IMG/VR virus record: IMGVR_UViG_3300029787_005452
Location: 32,001 to 96,000 of that record
DNA length: 64,000 nucleotides
Direction: 5' to 3' (one strand)
Source of the DNA: a virus
The notes below the pieces were generated by a model. The model made no database searches. It was not told the DNA's origin and saw nothing but the letters and a program-made list of their open reading frames with translations. Both the position numbers and the translations under genes were made by a program. Shown piece by piece: positions 9,185 to 19,700 of this stretch; the first letter of the stretch is position 1; each line of letters opens with the position of its first letter.

Positions 9185-9547
9185 CTATTTACTTATAAAA
9201 TTTTCTAATTCAACAAGTTGTTTATACTCACGTTGACTATAAAATTCAGGTATCAATTGCTTTTCTTCTTTACTCTTTTTTTCTTTCTTAATTTTTTTAA
9301 GATAGTTTAATCTTTTAAATTTTAATCTAGGTAATATAGAATAGATATAGTTATATTGAGATAATTTATCATCAAATAAATTCCAATACTTATTAGTAGT
9401 TTCATTTATGTATTCATTTAACTCTTTTGAATACATACTGGTCCATCTATTAACCATAAATAGATTAAACTGCGATTCATCATCACAGTTCATATCTATT
9501 TTTTTCTTACTAAAGAGTAAGCTATTAATATATTGAAATATTGTCAC
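9185..9547 (-). CDS. Clamp loader small subunit-like (T4 gp62 family)
   Basis: FNLFMVNRWTSM...NETTN...DKLSQYNY...KRLNYLKK resembles gp62 homologues of marine T4-like phages. Confidence 0.55.
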   Translation of the reverse strand: MTIFQYINSLLFSKKKIDMNCDDESQFNLFMVNRWTSMYSKELNEYINETTNKYWNLFDDKLSQYNYIYSILPRLKFKRLNYLKKIKKEKKSKEEKQLIPEFYSQREYKQLVELENFISK

Positions 9548-10131
9548 AGATTAATTTTAGTAGTCGCGATAAACATATCATCGTTTATTGCGTAAAATAA
9601 ATCAATAATATCTTGCATAAACTCTTCACACTTCTCATCTGATAGCTTTGTACTATAAGCAAAGTTTGGAGCTTTCGGCCCCGCATTTACGTTAATACCT
9701 GTATGCCCTATAGCTACATTATCCTTTGAATATGTAATACTAACACTGCATTTACCTACCTTTTGTAAGCTGCCATCACTGCCTTCAAATTCATCATGTA
9801 CCATAAGATCATCTCCATCCACTTCAATAGGCTTCTTAATATACTTTGAAGATAGAATATTAGCAATCTGCGTATTTAAAAGTCGCTGATACGCTACAGC
9901 ACCAAACTTATCCAGGTTGGGAATTTCCCAACAAAAACTAATTGCATCATCGCTTGCAATATAATCGTTTTGAAGTACGTCTTCTTGATCGATCATACCA
10001 TCAATACCTACGTTCATATAACCTCTAAAGGCTATAATATTCCCGATAGGTAAAGTTTTCTTTCGAAAGAAATTATACGCAAAACGTTTATGAATTAAAT
10101 CACCGTCATAATTAAGATTCTTAATAATCAT
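9544..10131 (-). CDS. DUF366-like protein (biotin/lipoate ligase-fold superfamily)
   Basis: IIAFRG...MIDQEDV...SDDAISF...YQRLL...GDDL...KCSVSI...HTGINV matches the DUF366 pattern as recalled. Confidence 0.65.
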   Translation of the reverse strand: MIIKNLNYDGDLIHKRFAYNFFRKKTLPIGNIIAFRGYMNVGIDGMIDQEDVLQNDYIASDDAISFCWEIPNLDKFGAVAYQRLLNTQIANILSSKYIKKPIEVDGDDLMVHDEFEGSDGSLQKVGKCSVSITYSKDNVAIGHTGINVNAGPKAPNFAYSTKLSDEKCEEFMQDIIDLFYAINDDMFIATTKINL

Positions 10132-10137
10132 ACATTA

Positions 10138-10166
10138 ATTATATGAACGTTCCTTAACTTAATCAA
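10138..10166 (-). promoter_or_regulatory. Sigma70-type promoter TTGATT-N17-TATAAT
   Basis: The -10 box is 6 nt before the ATG at 10131. Confidence 0.6.
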
Positions 10167-11136
10167 GTTGTGTTTTAATCCAATTATATGTTTTTTCTAT
10201 ACCTTTCGCGAGGGGGTAATTTGGAGACCATCCAATTTGTTCTTTAATAAATTTATTATCTGAATTTCTACCTCTGACACCTAAAGGTCCATCTATATGG
10301 TTTTTAACTAAAGATTTATTTTCAATAGAACACGCTATATCAACTAATTGATTGATAGTTACCATTTCATCTGAACCTATATTAACTGGCTCTAAACAAT
10401 CTGATTCCATTAAACGTCTTACCCCTTCTAAGCATTCATCAATATACAAAAATGATCTTGTTTGTTTACCGTCGCCCCATATTTCAATATCTGATTCAGC
10501 TTCAAGTACTTTACGACACATAGCTGCTGGAGCTTTTTCTTTACCACCCGTCCATGTACCTTTAGGTCCAAAAATATTATGAAAACGTGCAATTCGAACA
10601 TTTAATCCATAATTTCTATTATAAGCTAAATATAATCTTTCACTAAATAATTTTTCCCAACCATATTCAGAATCAGGATTAGCAGGGTATGCTGATGATT
10701 CTTCGCAGTTAGGGTTATCGGGATCTAATTGATTATGTTCGGGGTACATACAAGCAGATGATGAATAAAATATTTTACCCACTTTAGTTTCTACTGATCT
10801 TTTTGCTACATTCAAATTTACTAAAGCTGAATTATGCATAACATTAGCATCATTTTCTCCAGAGAATATGTAACCTGCACCGCCCATATCAGCTGCAAGT
10901 TGATATACTTCATCAAAACCTTGATAGGTAAAATCATCATTTACCCAAAATACATTTGTAACGACACTACTATCTTTTAAATCACCGATAACAAAATCAT
11001 CTGCATCTGATTTTTCTTGATATTCAGGGTATTTTATATCTACCCCTCTTACCCAATAACCCTCATTTTTAAGACGGGTAACCAAATGGTTTCCTATAAA
11101 TCCGCCTGCTCCTAATACTAATGCTGTTTTATTCAT
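10159..11136 (-). CDS. NAD-dependent epimerase, GDP-mannose 3,5-epimerase-like
   Basis: GAGGFIG, LAADMGGAGYI, SSACMYP, YGWEK (YxxxK), ARFHNIFGP, GDGKQTRSF. Confidence 0.88.
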   Translation of the reverse strand: MNKTALVLGAGGFIGNHLVTRLKNEGYWVRGVDIKYPEYQEKSDADDFVIGDLKDSSVVTNVFWVNDDFTYQGFDEVYQLAADMGGAGYIFSGENDANVMHNSALVNLNVAKRSVETKVGKIFYSSSACMYPEHNQLDPDNPNCEESSAYPANPDSEYGWEKLFSERLYLAYNRNYGLNVRIARFHNIFGPKGTWTGGKEKAPAAMCRKVLEAESDIEIWGDGKQTRSFLYIDECLEGVRRLMESDCLEPVNIGSDEMVTINQLVDIACSIENKSLVKNHIDGPLGVRGRNSDNKFIKEQIGWSPNYPLAKGIEKTYNWIKTQLD

Positions 11137-11879
11137 TTTAAATTTATTATATAATCGAGAGCTAAACTATCAAAAAATTGTTTGCATAGTTCAGCATTTG
11201 GTACAACGCAATGACCTCCTATCTTTCCATCTTTAGGTGGGTATAATACTGGTCTTATAACATTTTCCATACCTAATTTATTATAACCTTCATTATAAGT
11301 TTTATTCCATTTAGTAGCTACTTCTTCATATTTAACATTATGTTCTTTACATAATTTGTTCATATCATCGTGAAAAGCTATACACAGCCCGTAATAAGTC
11401 GTCGATAATACTTTTGCTAATTCAGTAGCTTTACTCCCTTTAAACATTTCATAATTTATCTCTAGTTCATTATAATGTTCTTTTGTTGCAGCAGTTGCAA
11501 CTTTATTATCACTTCCAATAAATTTAGTAAACGTTTTTAAACCTTCGTATAAATTAGGATGTATACCTCTTACTGGTGAATGTACTACTAAATGTTCACC
11601 TTCAAGTTTATCTAAAACTTTTAATGTTGTACCTGGAGTTATCGTACTGTGAATAATTGTTAATTTCGGTTCTAAGTCTAGAATATAATGACTAACTATA
11701 CTAACAAATTTTTCTTGATCAGTAAACGGAATAGCTATATTTAGTACATCAACATCAGATGTTATCTGATTTAAATCTAACCCGGTATCATTAATTTGTA
11801 TTTCAAAATCTTTACCTAAATAAAGTTTTTCTAAAGATTGGCCAATTTCACCATAACCTATAATTCCTATTTTTTTCAT
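11133..11879 (-). CDS. Nucleotide-sugar dehydrogenase (UDP-Glc/GDP-Man/UDP-ManNAc family), lacking C-terminal domain
   Basis: GYGEIG Rossmann motif, HSTITPG, ELAK...TTYY, catalytic GGHCV. Confidence 0.8.
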   Translation of the reverse strand: MKKIGIIGYGEIGQSLEKLYLGKDFEIQINDTGLDLNQITSDVDVLNIAIPFTDQEKFVSIVSHYILDLEPKLTIIHSTITPGTTLKVLDKLEGEHLVVHSPVRGIHPNLYEGLKTFTKFIGSDNKVATAATKEHYNELEINYEMFKGSKATELAKVLSTTYYGLCIAFHDDMNKLCKEHNVKYEEVATKWNKTYNEGYNKLGMENVIRPVLYPPKDGKIGGHCVVPNAELCKQFFDSLALDYIINLK

Positions 11880-12832
11880 TTGTTTTTAAAATATTCAATA
11901 ACATCATTTACAATATAATCAATATCGTATTTTGGTTTCCAGTTTAACATCTTTTTAATTTTTGAAGGTTCAGGTACTTTATCCCAGGCTTCTTCATATA
12001 AAGGGCCGTGAATAGTTTTAGGGTCAACTAATTTAATTTCCGATGCAGTATCAATTTTTTGTTTTACCATATCAGCTAATTCCTTTATAGTACATTCATT
12101 ATCAGGGTTACCTATATTCCATATCTCATTACCGTCTTCATATTGAGATATTAAGTATATACCCTCAACGATATCCTTAACATGGGTAAAAGCTCTTATT
12201 TGTTCACCGTCACCGAAAACTGTTATATCTTCACCTTTCAAAGATTGGGTAACAAATGTCGGTAGTACAAAACCGCCTGTTACTTGTTGACGTGCGCCGC
12301 TAATATTAAATGGTCTAATTATTTGATATTTTAGATTAGATACTTTTGATGTATTGGATAATACTATTTCAGATAATAGTTTTGATACACTATATTCATT
12401 TCTTACTTTATAATCACCGACAAGAATTTTTTCTTCATCTTCATTTAATCTTACAGCACTGTCACGAAAGCCGTAAATTTCTGAAGTACTCATAAACAAT
12501 AATGGGCAATTATTTTTTAATGCACCTTCTATTGCCCAATAAACATCATCCATAATATACCTTGCCATATTACCAGAATGCTTTAAAACCCCTGCAGGTC
12601 CAACTGGACTAGCCATGTGTAATATTAAATCATAATCTTCAAGATCATCCCATTTATAATCTAATATATCACCTTTAATTAAATTTACATCTTCAAATAT
12701 TTTGTCATTATCATTTTGTCCAGTAGTAGAAAAGTTATCTAAAACTGTAACACTATACCCTTCATTTTTAAATTTTTCAACACAATAAGAGCCGATAAAA
12801 CCAGCACCTCCAGTTATTAGTATTTTTTCCAT
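11876..12832 (-). CDS. NAD-dependent epimerase/dehydratase (UDP-glucuronate decarboxylase-like)
   Basis: TGGAGFIG, MASPVGP, STSEIYG, YSVSK, RPFN, GDGEQIRAF. Confidence 0.85.
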   Translation of the reverse strand: MEKILITGGAGFIGSYCVEKFKNEGYSVTVLDNFSTTGQNDNDKIFEDVNLIKGDILDYKWDDLEDYDLILHMASPVGPAGVLKHSGNMARYIMDDVYWAIEGALKNNCPLLFMSTSEIYGFRDSAVRLNEDEEKILVGDYKVRNEYSVSKLLSEIVLSNTSKVSNLKYQIIRPFNISGARQQVTGGFVLPTFVTQSLKGEDITVFGDGEQIRAFTHVKDIVEGIYLISQYEDGNEIWNIGNPDNECTIKELADMVKQKIDTASEIKLVDPKTIHGPLYEEAWDKVPEPSKIKKMLNWKPKYDIDYIVNDVIEYFKNK

Positions 12833-12861
12833 AATATATTTTATATTATAAATTTATTATT

Positions 12862-13845
12862 TCAAGTGTTATCCTGCATTACTCTGAGTATATGAGTTGC
12901 CCTTGCTTCAGTGGTACCTACATTTAATAACCATTTCATTTGTTCATCTAAATAAAACATATATTCATCAGTAGGTTTATTATTTACTACCAATCTATTT
13001 GTAATTTCATCTAACTCTTCCTTGGACGAATACCATAAGCAAGGTATACATTGTGGTGAACATGTAGCTGCTTTTAAATTATAATCTTTAAATAATAAAA
13101 CAGATCTAGCTGCAATAATTTCATAATGTCTTAAGCAGTCCCATCCTCCTTTTTTGCATGTAAGTCCGAACCACGATTTATTTAAATCATTATAATAATC
13201 TTCTTCAACTGTAAATTTATGATGAGAAAAACCTCCCCCTAGATCTTTTACCTCATTAAAAATAGCATTATCTGGTGCAGTCTTTTGATATAACTGTTCT
13301 TTTTTAGATACATCAAACTCCATAATTCTATGTTTAGGTATACCAAAACCCGTAGGGTATACATCTTCTACCTTTTCAATTAATTCTCTCTTGAATGACT
13401 TTCTAAATTGCACACCAATAACATTTAATTCTTCTTCACCTTCTTTTATATCAATTTTTCTTGGAGCATCACCATGTAAATCATGACCATCTAAAACCCA
13501 TACATTACCATTAGCAAGTTTGTTTAATTCTTTATCAGTGCTTTCACCATACATATGACCATCTCCATATAATATAGCATCAAATTTATCAAGGTTACGC
13601 TGTTCTTGAGTTAGATCTTTAATTGGTTTTGTTAATAAGCTAAAACCTCTACCATGAAGACCATCTTTAGGTGACTCAGAAAAATCATGGTACATTATTT
13701 TCTTTTTTGGGTAATCGACACAATTTTCTCCCATGATAGTTCTTAAACCGTTTAATATACCAACTTCAAGTAAATCATTTTGAGGTCCAGGATTTTTAGT
13801 TGGTACGAATAAAATTTTATAATTATTATTTTTCATATTTTGCAT
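12862..13845 (-). CDS. Putative glycosyltransferase-like protein
   Basis: C-terminal KKGGWDCLRHYEI motif of GT-like proteins; lies within a sugar cluster. Confidence 0.45.
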   Translation of the reverse strand: MQNMKNNNYKILFVPTKNPGPQNDLLEVGILNGLRTIMGENCVDYPKKKIMYHDFSESPKDGLHGRGFSLLTKPIKDLTQEQRNLDKFDAILYGDGHMYGESTDKELNKLANGNVWVLDGHDLHGDAPRKIDIKEGEEELNVIGVQFRKSFKRELIEKVEDVYPTGFGIPKHRIMEFDVSKKEQLYQKTAPDNAIFNEVKDLGGGFSHHKFTVEEDYYNDLNKSWFGLTCKKGGWDCLRHYEIIAARSVLLFKDYNLKAATCSPQCIPCLWYSSKEELDEITNRLVVNNKPTDEYMFYLDEQMKWLLNVGTTEARATHILRVMQDNT

Positions 13846-14518
13846 TTGTTAAAAATAGTTTTGAACCATTTTTGCATTTTATATATGCATTTGGGTATGG
13901 ATCTTGTAGCCCTATTATTTTATTAAAAATTTGTTCTGCGGTAAAATATTTAAAATCTGATAAATTTATTTCACTTTGTTTAGGGGTTCTTCTTTTATAA
14001 TAACTACCTTTCTCTTTTTGAACGATAAATTTAAGTTCATCATCTTTAATTAGATCTAATATAATTTTTTTCAATCCTCTCACCCCTAAATTAGTAATTT
14101 TTTTATATATGCCGTTTAAACCTGATAATTTAACTTCTTTTAAATTGAATTCTTCTTGATATATAATTGGACCTTTATCTAACGATTCATCCATTTTAAA
14201 TAGAGTTATACCAGATTTTTTCTCATTATTAATTAATTGATTTTGTAATGGACTACCACCTCTATATAATGGTAATAAAGAAGGATGCAAACATATGCAT
14301 AAATTATTATCTACTATATCTTTTTGTATAATATCGCTCCACCCTATAAAAAATATTATATCAAATTTATCTTTTTTTAATAAATTGAGAAATTTTTCTT
14401 GTGTATTACATCTTATAAATTTAACATTATCATATGAAAATGTAAATTCAATTTTCTTACAGATTTCATCAGACCAATCCCTATAAGAACATAATAAGAC
14501 TTTTTTTAATCCACCCAT
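13826..14518 (-). CDS. Formyltransferase (Fmt/sugar N-formyltransferase family)
   Basis: HPSLLPLYRGGSP, GITLFKMDESLDKGPI, PYPNAY. Confidence 0.88.
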   Translation of the reverse strand: MGGLKKVLLCSYRDWSDEICKKIEFTFSYDNVKFIRCNTQEKFLNLLKKDKFDIIFFIGWSDIIQKDIVDNNLCICLHPSLLPLYRGGSPLQNQLINNEKKSGITLFKMDESLDKGPIIYQEEFNLKEVKLSGLNGIYKKITNLGVRGLKKIILDLIKDDELKFIVQKEKGSYYKRRTPKQSEINLSDFKYFTAEQIFNKIIGLQDPYPNAYIKCKNGSKLFLTNAKYEK

Positions 14519-15129
14519 CTTAATATTTGAAATGATTCTGCATTTTTGTAATTAGATTGCACTCCTCTCATTCGAGCTATTAATTTTAACATTTCTGGAC
14601 TTCTATGACCTCTTACTTGAGATTTTAAAAACTTATATGATTTTATTTTATCATCAATATCAATTGGTACAAAATAATTACCTTTGAATGTACTATTAAT
14701 ATCATGGGTATAGTCCCATAAAAAGCTATGTACTTCTTCATACGCTAAAACCTTTTTTACAAAATGATTTTCATCATGATGTCTTAAAGCAACTAAGCTT
14801 GCATCATATACAGTAACGTGATCTTGATTATATGAAGGATATGGTATAAAAATTTTATCAGGTTTAATTAAATTAATTTGCTCTTCAATTTGATGTATTA
14901 AATCTCTAATCGCATAATTATTAACTCTGTTATCAAAAACTTCAAAAGTAAATTTTTTATATTTTTGTAAATCTTTTAATTCTTCTATTCTTTCTTCCCT
15001 ATTTACTACATGAAATTTATCTACACCACATTCCATTACATGAGCATTATCATGTAATGCGCAGTAACAACCTAATACTTCATCGTCAATATGCGGAGAT
15101 ATTATTAATGTTCTTTCTTTATTACTCAT
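14506..15129 (-). CDS. PIG-L/LmbE family N-acetyl-sugar deacetylase
   Basis: SPHIDDEVLG and PSYNQDH metal-binding motifs; C-terminal AESF. Confidence 0.82.
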   Translation of the reverse strand: MSNKERTLIISPHIDDEVLGCYCALHDNAHVMECGVDKFHVVNREERIEELKDLQKYKKFTFEVFDNRVNNYAIRDLIHQIEEQINLIKPDKIFIPYPSYNQDHVTVYDASLVALRHHDENHFVKKVLAYEEVHSFLWDYTHDINSTFKGNYFVPIDIDDKIKSYKFLKSQVRGHRSPEMLKLIARMRGVQSNYKNAESFQILRWVD

Positions 15130-15850
15130 ATTCTACAAAAATTTCTCGACCACCAATTAAGCTCGAACTTGATGGACCAGCTCCTTCAGCATCTGGTTTT
15201 ACATCCAATATTGATTCACTCCACGTTTGCCAGCTATCACTTATATCTTTTCTTTCTTTTCCTAAAAATTGATCCCAATGAAAATATTCCTCATCTGGTA
15301 TATGTTTTACTATCCTATGACCTTGATCGGTATATTTTTTTAACCAAAAAGGAGTCGATTGATGGCCGCCTGGTACATTAAGATGTGATTTCCAACTTTG
15401 ATCATATTCTGCTTCATGACCTTCATATATACGTAAGTTAGCAATTTTTAGTCTATAAACCCAATCCCTATCTTCCCATCCACCGTTAATAAATCTTTCA
15501 TCCCACCAACCAATTTTTCTAACTAGTTCTTTTGAAAAGGCCATAAAAGCAACACCCCAAAAAGTTGTCCATGCATAACCATTTTCTAAATGTTCAATCA
15601 TTTTTTCTACTTCTTCTGGTTTAGGAAAAGTTCTATCATTTATAAAAAATACCCACTCAGTTGGTGATGTAACTATAGAATGATTAATTAGTTGAGAATA
15701 CGATGGGTATATACCTGGGTGTCTATCTATTCTATTATTCCAATGTACTTTATACTTATCGGTTATAGGTTTAAGCATTTCAATCTGCTTATCAGTGACC
15801 TTTCTATCACTTCCACAGTGCAAGCAAATAGTAAATTCTTCTATTTTCAT
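15122..15850 (-). CDS. Glycosyltransferase (GT-A fold, GT2-like)
   Basis: FFIND, GWWDERF..GGWEDRDW motif. Confidence 0.7.
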   Translation of the reverse strand: MKIEEFTICLHCGSDRKVTDKQIEMLKPITDKYKVHWNNRIDRHPGIYPSYSQLINHSIVTSPTEWVFFINDRTFPKPEEVEKMIEHLENGYAWTTFWGVAFMAFSKELVRKIGWWDERFINGGWEDRDWVYRLKIANLRIYEGHEAEYDQSWKSHLNVPGGHQSTPFWLKKYTDQGHRIVKHIPDEEYFHWDQFLGKERKDISDSWQTWSESILDVKPDAEGAGPSSSSLIGGREIFVEYE

Positions 15851-16656
15851 AATGGATATTTTATACTATATTCTTCAAATCTCCAGGGTTGCCCTCCAGC
15901 AAAATGTCTATAAATTGTTTTTTCAGGTGTTGTTCTATTAATGTCATATGTATTAGGTTTACCTATTTTATGGTCTCCTGTTTCTTCATAAAGTTGAGTT
16001 ACATTCCATTCTGTTGGTAAAACTTGAACATTTTCTTTTAATTCCTCTAATGAAAATAATGTATGTTCAGTTGGGTAAGAATGAAAACCTAAGTTTTCTA
16101 TTTCATAAAATGATTTCCAACTATGAGGCTTAATACCTGCACATGTATAATACATTTGCTGATCTGCAATATGCCATTTGCCTTTTTCATTATTATGCTC
16201 ATTAAAAAATTCATAGTTACTTACTTTAAGCCATCTCTCTCTATTAATAATTGCATTAATTAATTTTCTACTAAATTCATTAATTTTTAATGCAAAAAAT
16301 CCAAAACAATGTGTATTTCCAGAATCTATAGCGTAAGTAAATCCTTTATCTACATCTATAAATTCATCCATTTTATTTATAAAAATATCTGCATCATAGT
16401 TATAAATTACATCGCCATCTTTTAACGAACCTTTATCTAAAAGATCTTTAAAAAGCATCCACCTGTTAAAATGCATATTTTCTCTTTGATCAAATTCAGG
16501 ATGCAATGTTCTAATATTAAAATTAGAATGATTCATTTCAATAAATTTTAGACCATGCATCTCAGCATATTTTTCAAAACGAGGTCTAATATATTTTTCA
16601 TACATGGCCTGTCTATGCGGGTCATATAATACAAATGTAGTTAAAAATTTTTTCAT
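15847..16656 (-). CDS. Glycosyltransferase (GT34/MNN10-like)
   Basis: YAEMHG, YDADIFI DxD motif, DQQ, PTEWN, RHFAG. Confidence 0.6.
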   Translation of the reverse strand: MKKFLTTFVLYDPHRQAMYEKYIRPRFEKYAEMHGLKFIEMNHSNFNIRTLHPEFDQRENMHFNRWMLFKDLLDKGSLKDGDVIYNYDADIFINKMDEFIDVDKGFTYAIDSGNTHCFGFFALKINEFSRKLINAIINRERWLKVSNYEFFNEHNNEKGKWHIADQQMYYTCAGIKPHSWKSFYEIENLGFHSYPTEHTLFSLEELKENVQVLPTEWNVTQLYEETGDHKIGKPNTYDINRTTPEKTIYRHFAGGQPWRFEEYSIKYPL

Positions 16657-17399
16657 AATAAGTTCATATATTTTTTAGTATGACCTTGGAAGTGTAAACC
16701 ATAAAATTCGACTTCTTTATTATTATAATTAATACCAAAAACTTTATTATCAATTTTTTTTAATTGTTTAATTTCATTTTTCATTTTAAATTCATCTTCA
16801 ATGTTATTTTTAGACATACCTATACCTCTATCAAATACACCACCTTCTAATTTATAAAGATTCTTATTACTTTTATACCAATGGTACATTAAAGTCATAT
16901 CGCATATACCCCCTCCCGTCTGGGTAGATACATGCCATTGCCATTTAGGCATTAATATTTCAATATTTTTTTTATACGTTTCAATTAAAAAATTACAAAA
17001 GTCTTCTATACCATTTTTTGTCCATATCGAATTGTGTATACATACTATATCATCAAACCTAGATTGATCTTTAGGTTTACAAGCAACGCATAATTCATCA
17101 TCTAAAATTTTTTCAAAGTCTAAAAATTTAAGAAATATTGCATCAGTATCACACATTAAAAATTTATCTATTTTGTTTTCAGTTGCATATTTTAATGCTG
17201 AAAAATATCTATAAAAACAAAACCTTTCAAAGTATTCAGCATTATAAGACATATGTTTATAAACTGAATCAAATAATGGAAAATTATTATCTTTTAATCT
17301 AACAATATTTTTAAAAATTTTACCATTTAATGATAAACTTTTTTCAAGATAATCAACATCATTCGGCTGATAATAAAATAATGGTAAATCACTTTTCAT
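16653..17399 (-). CDS. Putative glycosyltransferase (DxD)
   Basis: FERFCFYRY, MCDTDAIF, ICDMT, LHFQG. Confidence 0.55.
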   Translation of the reverse strand: MKSDLPLFYYQPNDVDYLEKSLSLNGKIFKNIVRLKDNNFPLFDSVYKHMSYNAEYFERFCFYRYFSALKYATENKIDKFLMCDTDAIFLKFLDFEKILDDELCVACKPKDQSRFDDIVCIHNSIWTKNGIEDFCNFLIETYKKNIEILMPKWQWHVSTQTGGGICDMTLMYHWYKSNKNLYKLEGGVFDRGIGMSKNNIEDEFKMKNEIKQLKKIDNKVFGINYNNKEVEFYGLHFQGHTKKYMNLL

Positions 17400-18252
17400 C
17401 TTGCAAATATCTTAAAATTGTTTTACTCATACCTTCCATAGTAAAATATTCATTATATACTTCTTTACCCCGTTTAAGCATATTTTCTATATCTTTTTCA
17501 GAATAACTTTCTAGTTTACTCTTCAAATTAGGTATTTCATCCTCATGTATACAAACAGCAAACTCAGACCAATCAATATATTTTTTGAAAGGAAACCATT
17601 CAGGGTTGTAAATAAATACCGGTATACTACCTAATTGCATTACTTCATAAAATCTAAAACTTTGTTTACCATAACCACGTGGACATAAAGAAAAAATTGA
17701 TCTTTGAGTAGTATAAATAAATTCTTTCAAATGATCATTTTGTACTTTATCAGTCCACATTCTCGGCTCATTAAAATAAAAACTATTATCATCATAATAA
17801 GTTTTATATAATTTAACTCTAGCAGATGCATTATGAGATATAGTACCAACAAAAGAACAGAAAATATCTTTATTCACTTCTTTAATAAGATTTTTTTCTA
17901 TAGGGCTACATATTAAAGGTAAAGGTATACCATTTTTATTACCACCTGCTTCGAAGCTCAAAGTACCAGGGGGGAGTATTTCTTGTACTGCATCATCATG
18001 TTGCGATACTGTAAAATATTTTTTATCTTTCGGTAACCAATTTAAATATGGTTGTAATAATTCTTTGTTTTTACTCGTAATATATACACTTGTCCAATAA
18101 ACAGGAATATAGGTATAACCTGTTTTATCGAACGTATCCTTATGGTTTTTATAAAACTTATAAAAGTATTCTTCTAAGTAATCACCTTTGTGATAAGGTG
18201 GATACGTAGGATAGTCTGCTGGTACTCTTAAATTTTTAAAATTAACTTCCAT
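17389..18252 (-). CDS. Exostosin-family (GT47-like) glycosyltransferase
   Basis: SIFSLCPRGYG..SFRFYEVMQLGSIPV...PF...IDW. Confidence 0.8.
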   Translation of the reverse strand: MEVNFKNLRVPADYPTYPPYHKGDYLEEYFYKFYKNHKDTFDKTGYTYIPVYWTSVYITSKNKELLQPYLNWLPKDKKYFTVSQHDDAVQEILPPGTLSFEAGGNKNGIPLPLICSPIEKNLIKEVNKDIFCSFVGTISHNASARVKLYKTYYDDNSFYFNEPRMWTDKVQNDHLKEFIYTTQRSIFSLCPRGYGKQSFRFYEVMQLGSIPVFIYNPEWFPFKKYIDWSEFAVCIHEDEIPNLKSKLESYSEKDIENMLKRGKEVYNEYFTMEGMSKTILRYLQDEK

Positions 18253-18940
18253 TTATTCTTTTTCTAACTATATCTAAAATTTTATACTTATCATCTTTTG
18301 TACGAGTCCAGTTACCATGGTGTATAAAAATATTATCTGGTATTGGAAAAGTTTCATCTGTATTAAACCAATGACCTTTTAAACCACCTTTACCGTCTGG
18401 TTGACCTGCTATGTGTCCGTAGGTCCAATATTCATCAGGTAAAACTGCCCATTTAATTTGTATCGATGGAAAGTTATGTAGGTTGCGTAATAAATAATTT
18501 GCAGTTCTTTGTTCTTCTTCAAATTTAGTTAAATTACCTAATACAGTTTTAAAAAATGATCTTGTAGTTTTATTATTTCTAACGCAGAAAAAACCAGTAT
18601 TGACTCCACCTGGTCCGTCATTTTGCCATACAACGTCTTTACCTTCCATCCTTTTTATAATATCATCATAAAAATCTCTGTATATTACTATATCAGGATC
18701 TATAAACATAAAATATTCTTTTTCTTCATCACATCTTTTTAAATTTTCATAAAAGCATGAAGCTTTATATTCCATAGTAGCATTCCAGCCATCAGTACCA
18801 AACTCTGCAGTATCGCAAAGCTGTGGTTTATTAATAATAGTTAAATCTATATTTGGGTTATATTTAAAAGAATCTAAAAGATATTCTTTTAAAAACTTTT
18901 CATGCGAGGGGGTAAATAAAGTATATGCTTTAATTTTCAT
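18242..18940 (-). CDS. Nucleotide-diphospho-sugar transferase (GT77-like)
   Basis: FIDPDIV DxD motif, QND...VNTGFF, EEQ, HHGNW. Confidence 0.7.
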   Translation of the reverse strand: MKIKAYTLFTPSHEKFLKEYLLDSFKYNPNIDLTIINKPQLCDTAEFGTDGWNATMEYKASCFYENLKRCDEEKEYFMFIDPDIVIYRDFYDDIIKRMEGKDVVWQNDGPGGVNTGFFCVRNNKTTRSFFKTVLGNLTKFEEEQRTANYLLRNLHNFPSIQIKWAVLPDEYWTYGHIAGQPDGKGGLKGHWFNTDETFPIPDNIFIHHGNWTRTKDDKYKILDIVRKRINGS

Positions 18941-19700
18941 TATTTAAAATCTTTCTTTCTAATTGTAGCTCATTTTCAAAAGGTTTCCACCATAATATAT
19001 CATTTACAGTTTGTCTTTTAAGTAAAACGTTTTGAACAAAATTCCACCATCTACTCATTTCAGGTACTGTCTGTGCAATATTAGTATTATGCTGCTCATA
19101 CTCATCTGTATCTTTACATGAAACAGAATCATGTTCTATGTGAAAAATTACTGGTGGTTGTTTATTTAAAATTTTATATTTACTATTTATTACCGATATA
19201 ATAAAAAATACTGTATCCCAATATGGTTTACCCAAATAAAGAAAAGGAAATTTATATGAATTTTTTACCCACCAATCTCGTTTAAAAGCAAAAAGATCAA
19301 AACCATGTACACTATATGATTGTATTTTAAGTTCTTCATCTAAAGAATTAAGTTCATGTAAATGACCTCTACTTGCTGGATATGATTCAATATCATCTTC
19401 AAGTTGTTTAAAGAATGTATTATTTAAAACTATATCGTTGTTAATAAAAACAATTAAGTCATTATCTGTTTTTGATAATGCGTTTAGTAGATCGTTTACG
19501 AAGGGATACTTACCTTCTTGTTTAATTTTTATAGTTTCAAAATCATTAAAATTTATATCATCTTCATCAGATATAATATTATATAAAGTAACATTATCGT
19601 TTTTATCTTTACATTTTCGTAAAGATTCTAAACATAATTCTTCTCTTCTACTGAGATCTTTTTCATTTTTAAAACTATTGATTCCTATTGCTATTTTCAT
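18930..19700 (-). CDS. Putative glycosyltransferase (GT-A)
   Basis: FINNDIVL, GFDLFAF, GKPYWD, FHIEH. Confidence 0.55.
   Translation of the reverse strand: MKIAIGINSFKNEKDLSRREELCLESLRKCKDKNDNVTLYNIISDEDDINFNDFETIKIKQEGKYPFVNDLLNALSKTDNDLIVFINNDIVLNNTFFKQLEDDIESYPASRGHLHELNSLDEELKIQSYSVHGFDLFAFKRDWWVKNSYKFPFLYLGKPYWDTVFFIISVINSKYKILNKQPPVIFHIEHDSVSCKDTDEYEQHNTNIAQTVPEMSRWWNFVQNVLLKRQTVNDILWWKPFENELQLERKILNNEN

Noticed and set aside
13826-14518. Methionyl-tRNA formyltransferase (fmt) call
   Set aside because: It lacks the full C-terminal tRNA-binding domain and sits within a sugar-modification operon, so a sugar N-formyltransferase is more likely.
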